DNA of 64,000 bases. Origin: an uncultured Thermococci archaeon. Its GTDB lineage: Archaea > CAYQAE01 > CAYVLA01. Under the pieces are notes generated by a model, which was not told where the DNA came from, did no database searches, and worked only from the letters and a program-made list of their open reading frames with translations. Of the stretch, positions 56,661 to 64,000 are shown one piece after another. Within the stretch, counting starts at the first letter, position 1, and each line of letters starts with the position of its first letter. Where the stretch lies: NCBI GenBank assembly GCA_964549615.1, contig CAZJVP010000020.1, positions 32,001-96,000 on the forward strand. Direction: 5' to 3'. The position numbers and the translations under genes were made by a program.

Positions 56661-57675
56661 CCTCGGCTTTGAACGTAAGCCGGTAGACCACAGCGATCGC
56701 CACCAAGCCGAGCGCGGTGAACAGCGCCAGACGAATGATCCTTCTCTGTGAGCTCTTCTTCCTCCACTCCGATGCCTCCTTGGCGAGTTCGGCCTTCTTC
56801 CGCTGGAACGCATCGAGGCTTGATTTCAATGCTTCCATGCGTTGCTGCGAGGTAGTTCTGCCCCTTTCCGCTGTCCATCTCAGGCAGCTTTTCAGCAGTG
56901 CCTGGAATTCCGGGTTGTAGACGACCCCGGAGTAGTCGTCGGGGCCTCCCCGCTCCGTCAGGCCGAATGCGGGGAGCACTACAGACCGGCCCGCGTCCTC
57001 ATAGGCTATCACCGCCGGCACCATCCCGTCCTCATAGGAACTCTTGGCCTCCTGGGTCTTGTAGACCACGGCCATCGTGCCCACGGATGGCTTGGGAGGA
57101 TCCCTGGCTTTGGTCTCGCCCGCCAAGCTTGACCAGTAGAGCCTGACATCGCTGAAGAAGATCTGGTCCGGCAGCCCGGCGGCGATGGGATGGGTTGGGT
57201 CGCTTTTCACGTAAGTGTGTCCCATGGCTATCTTGCCTCCCACCACGGTCAGACGACCTTCGCTTGTCGCATTAGCAAAGACGGGCAGGATGGTGCGCGA
57301 GAGATTGGTCGCAAATGCAACTTCGTTGATCCCGATCAAACCTACGCCTCTATCGAACAGCTCGATCATCGCCGCCTGCAGTTCAGCAGGGATCAATGCC
57401 GAATAGATCGATATGATTCCGACATAGGTCTGGGGGAAGGCTAGGTACTCGACGAATTCGCCCAGCGAGCCCACAACGACTGGCTTGAGGCCCAGCGAGG
57501 TATCGTTTGCGATGATTTGGGCGAGAGCCGATGCATAGGCCCCGAAGATGTTGCTTTCACCGGGCAGCTGCTGGTAGCCATTCGCGCAGAGGATCGGCAC
57601 GATTCCTTCCTGGCCCGTCGCGATCGGAAGGCAAAACGCCAAGATGATGAATGCGACGAACCGCGTTCCCGGCAT
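56653..57675 (-). CDS. Surface-anchored class I GATase/ThuA-like protein
   Basis: Signal peptide, G.GLIGI, HPIAAGLP, GRSVV; coiled-coil stalk and C-terminal TM. Confidence 0.6.
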   Translation of the reverse strand: MPGTRFVAFIILAFCLPIATGQEGIVPILCANGYQQLPGESNIFGAYASALAQIIANDTSLGLKPVVVGSLGEFVEYLAFPQTYVGIISIYSALIPAELQAAMIELFDRGVGLIGINEVAFATNLSRTILPVFANATSEGRLTVVGGKIAMGHTYVKSDPTHPIAAGLPDQIFFSDVRLYWSSLAGETKARDPPKPSVGTMAVVYKTQEAKSSYEDGMVPAVIAYEDAGRSVVLPAFGLTERGGPDDYSGVVYNPEFQALLKSCLRWTAERGRTTSQQRMEALKSSLDAFQRKKAELAKEASEWRKKSSQRRIIRLALFTALGLVAIAVVYRLTFKAEER

Positions 57676-57677
57676 GG

Positions 57678-58559
57678 CTACACCTCCACGTAACCTCCGT
57701 TCTCGATGATGTGTAGCAGGATCTTGTCCGCAGCCAACTCCCCATCGATCTCGAACTTGACCATGTGAACCAGGTACTTGCCGTAGAGCTGCTTGGCGAA
57801 CAGCTTGGGATAGGCACTGTATGCTGAGCGGATGCGGTAGACTATGGAGACCCGGTCATTCCTGGCAAGATCGGAGAACACGATCCTGCCCTGTCCAGGG
57901 GCCTTGCTAGCCGGCAGCGCGCCGGCCGCAAGCGCGGCCTTGTCCTCCGCGGACACGTACGTCGTCTTGTTGGCGTTCACCGTGATCTCGAGCCCCTTCA
58001 GGGAGATCTCACGCATGAAGAAGTAATCCGAGACCCCCTCGTAGAGGCCTTCGATCATCTTGGACTTGTTCAAGACGACCGCGTAGACGGTCGGGTAGTA
58101 GGATGACCCGCTCGGCGGAAGAACGGGGTTGAGAGCCGGACCGAAATCGTAGACCACCATGGTTCGCCTCCCGCCCCCGATGTCCACATCGGACACCGTC
58201 ACCTCCGGCTTGTAGCCCAGATCCTGCACCAGGCCAAGCTTTCCACTGATCTGTTCGATCACCTCGCCGGCCCTTCGCGGATCGTCCACCTTTGGCGAAG
58301 CCTCGGTGAAGTTGGGCCGAACCGGCATGAGGAAGGAGAACGACACAGCAACCTGTTTGAGCGGCTCCCTGCAGATGAAGGCGACCGAGTACTTGTCCTG
58401 ATCAAGCTCCGATACGCCCGCGAGAGCTTTCAGCGGAAATGATTGATCTATCACGTTGATGGGCGTCTCTATCTTCTCTTTGATCAGGTAGAGGGAGATC
58501 AGGCTCCCCACTATCAAGGATATGACAAGGACGCCGATGAGCCGCCTCTCGACCTTCAT
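57678..58559 (-). CDS. N-terminally anchored extracellular hypothetical protein
   Basis: N-terminal TM (LIGVLVISLIVGSLISLYLI), beta-rich body with sequons; 2-nt gap to the next gene. Confidence 0.7.
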   Translation of the reverse strand: MKVERRLIGVLVISLIVGSLISLYLIKEKIETPINVIDQSFPLKALAGVSELDQDKYSVAFICREPLKQVAVSFSFLMPVRPNFTEASPKVDDPRRAGEVIEQISGKLGLVQDLGYKPEVTVSDVDIGGGRRTMVVYDFGPALNPVLPPSGSSYYPTVYAVVLNKSKMIEGLYEGVSDYFFMREISLKGLEITVNANKTTYVSAEDKAALAAGALPASKAPGQGRIVFSDLARNDRVSIVYRIRSAYSAYPKLFAKQLYGKYLVHMVKFEIDGELAADKILLHIIENGGYVEV

Positions 58560-58619
58560 GATCGACCGCCTCGGTTTGCAGAGAGGGAGTATAGAAAAAA
58601 GGGAAAAAAGGCAGAAGGC

Positions 58620-61313
58620 TCAACTTCTGCCCCTAAGTCTCCTGGCAGCTGCTAGCGATACGAGGAACAGTGCTGGAATCACTGCTTCAGGGACGCCAAA
58701 GTAATTGGTGTTGCGAAGGTCCCTGTACATGTACGGCCAGGGCGTCGACGAGGACAGCACCAAGCCGGATATCGGCGTCTCCACCCCGAAGATGCCCTTG
58801 GTGGCTATCACGCTCACATTGCCCCTCTCGTCGCCGTACAGAAGCTCGGTTATCCCGTCGCCGTTCATGTCCACGGCCACCGCGTGGTTCCACCGGAACC
58901 TGCCTGAGTTCACGGCCTGGTAGGTCCAGACGACCCTCCCGTCGCTGCCGCGCAGGGCATAGATCCTGCCGTCCGAGCCTCCGACTATGACCTCGGGCTT
59001 CCCATCGCCCGTTATGTCCGCGACTATCGGATACTCGGGCTGGAAGGCCCCTAGGACCTGGCTCGATAGGTTCTGCCTCCAAACCACGGCTCCCTTGTAG
59101 TCCAAGCAGTATACGAGGCCGGTTCTCCTGAGAGTGAACACGGTCTCCAGCTTGCTGTCGCCGACCAGATCCGCAACCTGCGCCTTGCTTACCCTCACCC
59201 GCATCCCTGAGTCGAAGACCCACTTGCGCGTGCCCGTGTCGTCGACGCAATACACACGCCCCTCGTAGGCACCGCCAACGACGATCTCAAGATACCCGTT
59301 GCCGTCGATGTCCGCTATCGAGGGCGCCGCGTTCAGGCGATCGCCGGGCTCCACAGGGCTCACCCATAGAGGTGTGCCGTCGGCCTTCCACGCGTAGATC
59401 CCGTAGAGCACCTCGTCCTCCGACGTCATAACTATGTCCAGACTGCCGTCGCCGGTGATGTCCGCCACCGCAACCGTATTCTCGCCTATCGATCCAACCG
59501 GAGCTTCCCACAAGGTCTTGCCGGTGTAGTCGAAGACGAAGAATTTCTTGAGCTCCTTCGAGCCGACCAGTATCTCCAGCTTGCCATCCTTGTTCAGATC
59601 CACCAGCGTGGGCGAGCAGTACAGTATGTTCGGGTCGCTGGGGGGCACCCCCGCCCACAAGAGCTTGTACCAGAGAGTCCTGCCCTGGTTGTCAAGCACC
59701 CGCATCGTTCCGTTCCTGGTATTGAAGACGATCTCCGGTTTGCCGTCGCCGTTGATGTCGCCAATCGCTGGCAACCTATAGATTTGATAACCGGCAGTGT
59801 AGCGCCACAGTTCTTTCTTAGCCTGGTAATCCAACGCGAACAGAATGCCCGTTCCGCTGGTGCCCACGATGATCTCGGGTTTGCCATCGCCGGTTATGTC
59901 CGCTGCGAAGGGCGGCGCCTCTATGCTGCCGCCGACATTGTAGGTCCATATGGGGTACTCCCTCGGGAAGTAGTTGTTGTTGTTCGGGGTTCTGCACATC
60001 AGTGGCCAGGGGGATGACCAATCTCCCACGAACATGCCTGGTGTCTTCAGCACGCTCACGTTGCCCCTCTCGTCCCCGTATATGATCTCTGCCCGCTGGT
60101 CGCCGTCCAGATCGGCGACGCACGGCTGGTTGTACTGGAACCTCCCTGCGTTGATGGCTTGGTAGGTCCACACAACCTTGCCGTCCGCACCGTTCAGAAC
60201 GTAGATCTTGCCATCCGAGCCGCCCAGAACAACGTTGGGCTTGCCGTCGCCCGTCACGTCCGCAAGAACCGGTAGCTCCGGATGGAATCCGTTCAGAACC
60301 GGAGCTGTCAGGTTGGTTATCCATAGCTGCTTGCCGGTGTGGTCAAGTGCATAAACGAGACCCGTTCTCTTGACGACGAACACGAGATCCAGCTTGCCAT
60401 CGCCGTTGAGATCGCCCAAGGGCGTCTTCCCCACCCTGTCCCGTTTCCCTGCAGAGTCTGCCGTGTCGAACACCCATTTCCTTGCGCCCGTGCGGTCGAG
60501 GCAGTATACGCGGCCTTGGTAAGCACCGCCAACAACGATCTCCACGTAGCCGTCGCCATCCAGGTCCGCAATGGACGGGCAGAAGTTGAGAATATCTCCC
60601 GTCTCAACCTGATGGACCCAGATCGGTTTGCCGTCTGCCTCCCAGGCGTACACCGCATACAGGGTTGCGTCCTCCGACGTCAGCACAATCTCCAAGTCGC
60701 CGTCGTTGTCGATGTCTGCCACTGCAGCAGTGTTGTCGCCAATCTTCCCTATCGGAGCGTTCCACAGCTCTTTACCGGTGTAGTCGAACACGAAGAACTT
60801 CATGAGTTCCTTGGAACCGACCATGATCTCCAGCTTGCCATCCTTGTTGATGTCGGCGAGAGCCGGCGAGCAGTACAACCGATCGCCCGGATCAGTGCTG
60901 GGGTCCCCAGCCCATAAGTTCTTTTGCCAGACAAGCTTACCTTGGTTGTTGAGGACCCGCATCGTGCCGTTCCTCGCATTGAAAACGATCTCCGGCTTCC
61001 CGTCGCCGTCGATGTCGCCCACCGCGGATATTCTGACGATCTGGAATCCAGCGTCGAATTCCCACAGTTTTGCGCCGTTCACGCCGTTGAGCACCGTCAG
61101 CTTGCCCGTTTCCCTGCCTCCGACGATCAGCTCGGGCTTGCCGTCTCCTGTTATGTCAGCCGCCATTATGGGCGATTCAATCCTGCCGCCCACGTTCGTG
61201 GTCCAAACTAGTGTTCCTTCAGCTAGCACTGGTACGATCCCTGCCAATCCGATCAAGCACGCAGCAAGTGCGACGCTGATCGGAAAGACTCGAAAACTCC
61301 TGCAGACCTTCAT
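58620..61313 (-). CDS. Secreted FG-GAP/PQQ-like double beta-propeller protein with VPE-TM-RR sorting-like tail
   Basis: Many DxxGDGxxE Ca-binding blades; ATG at 61313 after GAGGAGG; signal peptide; C-terminus VPEAVIPALFLVSLAAARRLR. Confidence 0.9.
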   Translation of the reverse strand: MKVCRSFRVFPISVALAACLIGLAGIVPVLAEGTLVWTTNVGGRIESPIMAADITGDGKPELIVGGRETGKLTVLNGVNGAKLWEFDAGFQIVRISAVGDIDGDGKPEIVFNARNGTMRVLNNQGKLVWQKNLWAGDPSTDPGDRLYCSPALADINKDGKLEIMVGSKELMKFFVFDYTGKELWNAPIGKIGDNTAAVADIDNDGDLEIVLTSEDATLYAVYAWEADGKPIWVHQVETGDILNFCPSIADLDGDGYVEIVVGGAYQGRVYCLDRTGARKWVFDTADSAGKRDRVGKTPLGDLNGDGKLDLVFVVKRTGLVYALDHTGKQLWITNLTAPVLNGFHPELPVLADVTGDGKPNVVLGGSDGKIYVLNGADGKVVWTYQAINAGRFQYNQPCVADLDGDQRAEIIYGDERGNVSVLKTPGMFVGDWSSPWPLMCRTPNNNNYFPREYPIWTYNVGGSIEAPPFAADITGDGKPEIIVGTSGTGILFALDYQAKKELWRYTAGYQIYRLPAIGDINGDGKPEIVFNTRNGTMRVLDNQGRTLWYKLLWAGVPPSDPNILYCSPTLVDLNKDGKLEILVGSKELKKFFVFDYTGKTLWEAPVGSIGENTVAVADITGDGSLDIVMTSEDEVLYGIYAWKADGTPLWVSPVEPGDRLNAAPSIADIDGNGYLEIVVGGAYEGRVYCVDDTGTRKWVFDSGMRVRVSKAQVADLVGDSKLETVFTLRRTGLVYCLDYKGAVVWRQNLSSQVLGAFQPEYPIVADITGDGKPEVIVGGSDGRIYALRGSDGRVVWTYQAVNSGRFRWNHAVAVDMNGDGITELLYGDERGNVSVIATKGIFGVETPISGLVLSSSTPWPYMYRDLRNTNYFGVPEAVIPALFLVSLAAARRLRGRS
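58700..61210 (-). repeat. Internal tandem duplication (two ~1.25-kb units) in the FG-GAP gene
   Basis: Unit 1 runs WTTNVGGRIESP...PWPLMCR.NNNYF and unit 2 runs WTYNVGGSIEAP...PWPYMYR.NTNYF, with near-identical blocks such as RNGTMRVL and YGDERGNVSV. Confidence 0.9.
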
Positions 61314-61989
61314 TTCATCCTCCTCTCTCCTTTCGAGTAGGCGCGCAGAGGCTTGTCGGCCTTCTCTTAAAGGTTGCGTCACCCAGTTCAGTTCACCGTC
61401 TAATCCAACCCGATTCAACCAGATGGACCCCTGGCCTGCGATGTCCCCGGATAAAGGACGGATGGCTAGAAACCCTAGTAGACCAAGAGACGCTGTCGAG
61501 GGGCCGCAGGGGCAAGAACGCCCTTGAAGGATTCGGTCGAGCCTTTTAGCCAGCACATCCGTACGTCCGAGAAGCTGCTCCCGCGGAATCAACCTTGAGG
61601 CCCGCCCGAGCAGGGATCACCCCAACATCGAGGTGGGATCGACTCGGCAGGCCCCGCAGATGTTCGGTAAACCCACATATGCCACACTTTGCAAGAGGAG
61701 CTATCGGTGGCTCAGCCCGAGGAGACACCGGCTTCCAACCCGCGACCGGGTGTATCGAATGGGTGGATGGGATTTCGGGTATCTCTTCTTCCCCGGAGGA
61801 GACAAAGGACTCCGGCCTCTCCAATCGCTTTGTCCGAAGCCCTGTGCATCAACGTGCCGTCCCGAACTTAATCGCCTGCTGGAGGTCATCCGGATCGGGA
61901 AAACGGAAGAGTGTAAACACGTCCCTTCGCCTGACAGCGAGCCCCAGCGGGGAACACTTAAGAGGCCTCGAAGGGCCCGAGCGAACCAC

Positions 61990-63207
61990 ATGAAGGCTCT
62001 GGCATCTGCATTCGGGATCGGTCTCGTAATCCTCGCATCCCTCGGGTGCATCCCGGCCCGGCAGGATCCAGCAACCGGGAAGGTACGCCTTCTCTACATC
62101 GGGGATTACGTTGGCCCCAACACCCCGGCCCGCTTCCTGGACGAGGAGCCGCTCATATCCGTGAGGGGGGTGCCGGCCACCCTTGCTTGGTACCAGGAGA
62201 CGTTCATCCGGAAATTCATGAGAATCTACATGCCGCGAACCTACGAGGACCTGTCGGGCAATAACGATGTCATCCTCTTCAGCGACGCGGGGGTGCGGAT
62301 GTTCGAGGCCAGACACTTCGCTTGGTTCAAGGATGCCGTTGTGAATGATGGACTGGGCATGGCGATGATAGGGGGCGTGGAGAGCTTCGGCGCCGAGCCC
62401 GGTAGGCCGCCCTGGATTGGCACGACCGTCGCCGAAATACTTCCCGTTGAGGGCGTGTTCCAGAGCTTCAACCCGGCGACCGGCACGGTGGCAATCCTCA
62501 AGCCGGACAACGAGTTCATCGCAAGCCTTCCCTGGGATACGTTGGTTCCCCCGATGAACACGTTCCTGAGGTTCAACGATCTGATCCTGAAGGAAGGCGC
62601 CGATGAACTGGCCGCGCTGATGGTTGGGAAGGAGAGCCATCCCTTCCTGGTCACCTGGCTGCAGGGAAAGGGACGGACGTTCGCCATGGGGGCCGACTGG
62701 ACGCCCACCGGCGGGGTCAACTTCATGAAGTGGGAATACTACGGAGACTACGCAAGCAACCTAGTGCTCTACACGGCGCAGACAAAGGTGCCGTCTGAAC
62801 ATGGGCTCAGACACGCATACAAGACGCTTGCGATGAAGTACCGGGACGGCAAGGTCCTCTTGATGGCGACGCTGGACTTCGTGGAGAAGTTCAACGCAAA
62901 CACGCGCTCCCTCGTCATCGACATAAACGCAAACGAGCTGCAGAAGAAGGAGGCCGAGAAGCTGTACATCGAGCAGGACTTCGAGGCAGCCGTGTCCAAG
63001 ATGAGCGAGGTCATCCAGCGAAACGACGAGCTCACGATCGAATCGTTGAAGCTGAGGGACAGGGCACTCCTCTGGGTCTACGTCATCGAGTACCTGGTCG
63101 TGACCGCCACCTGCCTCATCACGGGGACATTGGTTTACACCTTGATGATCAGACGCAGGCTCTACCGCGAAGTCGAGATGACGAGGGGCAAGGGAAGAAG
63201 GCTTTGA
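61990..63207 (+). CDS. Surface-anchored GATase1-like (DUF1355-like) protein, paralogue 3
   Basis: ATG at 61990 with signal peptide; DPATGKVRLLYIGD, MRIYMPRT, GLGMAMIGGVESFG, DWTPTGG.NFMKWEYY, C-terminal TM + RRR. Confidence 0.8.
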   Translation: MKALASAFGIGLVILASLGCIPARQDPATGKVRLLYIGDYVGPNTPARFLDEEPLISVRGVPATLAWYQETFIRKFMRIYMPRTYEDLSGNNDVILFSDAGVRMFEARHFAWFKDAVVNDGLGMAMIGGVESFGAEPGRPPWIGTTVAEILPVEGVFQSFNPATGTVAILKPDNEFIASLPWDTLVPPMNTFLRFNDLILKEGADELAALMVGKESHPFLVTWLQGKGRTFAMGADWTPTGGVNFMKWEYYGDYASNLVLYTAQTKVPSEHGLRHAYKTLAMKYRDGKVLLMATLDFVEKFNANTRSLVIDINANELQKKEAEKLYIEQDFEAAVSKMSEVIQRNDELTIESLKLRDRALLWVYVIEYLVVTATCLITGTLVYTLMIRRRLYREVEMTRGKGRRL

Positions 63208-64000
63208 AGAGCGCGAGCCGCTACGCTTTCATGGTCTTCATCCAGTTGCTGGCAGCGCACGCCAGCGGCGGGGCATCGGCCGACTCGCCCTACGGCGTGG
63301 TTCACGGAGATCGCACCTCCTTCCTGGTGGAGGGCGGCTTCAGCTGGACAAGGGTGGACTTCAACTGGAACGCCATTGAACCCCAGAATGGCACCTTTAC
63401 GTTCGAGCAATACGACAGTTTCGTTGAGAACTGCACGCGCGCTGGCATACACGTCTTGGCCATACTGGACTACTCCGCCAACTGGGCATCGTCCGGCCCA
63501 CCCGACTGGAAGGACATAGACCGGTTCCCGCCCAAGTACATGAGCGACTGGGAGGAATACGTCTTCCAGACCGTCAGCCACTTCAAGGACCGCGTCAAGC
63601 ACTGGGAGGTCTGGAACGAGCCCAACATTCGGTACTTCTGGTTTCCAAAGGCCGACGCGAAGGAGTATTACCGGCTGCTAAAGTCCGCCTACGCCGCTGC
63701 AAAGAGGGCCGACCCGGAGTGCACTGTTTTGATCGGAGGGATCATAGGATTCGACGTGCGATACCTCCGTGAGGTATACGAGCTGGGCGGAGCGAGGTTC
63801 TTCGACGTCATGGCAATCCACCCCTACTCGGCCGAGCCCTACGACAGATGCAACTTCAGCGGCAACATGTCGGCGCTCAGATCGCTCATGGCCGAGTACG
63901 GGGACTCGAAGAAAGAGATCTGGTTTACGGAGCTCAGCTGGACGGTCTCGCAAAACCTCTCGAAGGATGACCAGGCAGCCTACCTCATCCGCTCGTACGT
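63204..64000 (+). CDS. Secreted clan GH-A glycoside hydrolase (GH5/GH39-like), truncated by the window end
   Basis: Hand translation from TTG 63204 (TTGA overlap with the upstream stop): signal peptide, RVDFNWNAIEP, acid/base WEVWNEPN, FDVMAIHPY, nucleophile IWFTE. Confidence 0.88.
   Translation, partial: MKSASRYAFMVFIQLLAAHASGGASADSPYGVVHGDRTSFLVEGGFSWTRVDFNWNAIEPQNGTFTFEQYDSFVENCTRAGIHVLAILDYSANWASSGPPDWKDIDRFPPKYMSDWEEYVFQTVSHFKDRVKHWEVWNEPNIRYFWFPKADAKEYYRLLKSAYAAAKRADPECTVLIGGIIGFDVRYLREVYELGGARFFDVMAIHPYSAEPYDRCNFSGNMSALRSLMAEYGDSKKEIWFTELSWTVSQNLSKDDQAAYLIRSY

Noticed and set aside
61314-61989. N-terminal extensions of the 990-aa and 524-aa ORFs, or an ncRNA, in this 680-nt gap
   Set aside because: The extensions precede clear signal peptides and look non-coding, and no RNA family motif was recognised.
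1-64000. CRISPR array or cas genes
   Set aside because: No regularly spaced 25-40-bp repeats and no Cas motifs seen. The HEPN gene is a stand-alone MNT-HEPN pair.

Overview
A GC-rich (about 60% by eye) archaeal chromosomal segment. Evidence for archaeal origin: secE-ftsZ1-dtdA order, Top6B, Hjc, pelota, class I CCA enzyme, rpL40e, archaeal-type ThrRS and AT-rich TATA boxes in the intergenic gaps. Top6B carries an insertion I associate with Thermococcales, but the lineage is an inference. Bases 1-43,300 are mostly housekeeping genes, interleaved with glycosyltransferases, an AAA+/VWA pair and two class III RNR paralogues. After an intron-containing tRNA-Glu(CTC) at 43,208, the last ~20 kb holds no core genes: secreted or membrane-anchored proteins, hydrolases and an MNT-HEPN toxin-antitoxin pair. 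Most notable observations: (1) a catalytically intact PolB with an appended two-zinc-finger C-terminal domain resembling the PolD-DP2 / eukaryotic Pol epsilon-alpha CTD, plus two PIP-like boxes; (2) a full-length NrdD paralogue with systematically degenerate catalytic motifs, near an intact NrdD; (3) a ChlI-like ATPase paired with a pseudo-AAA / 2-TM / VWA protein; (4) two unrelated single-pass surface proteins sharing a C-x8-C-x2-C-x11-C-x2-H cytoplasmic tail; (5) a non-canonical 21/22 tRNA intron; (6) three paralogous surface GATase1-like proteins. No CRISPR array, rRNA or intact integrase/transposase was seen. All family calls come from motif recognition by eye, without database searches.
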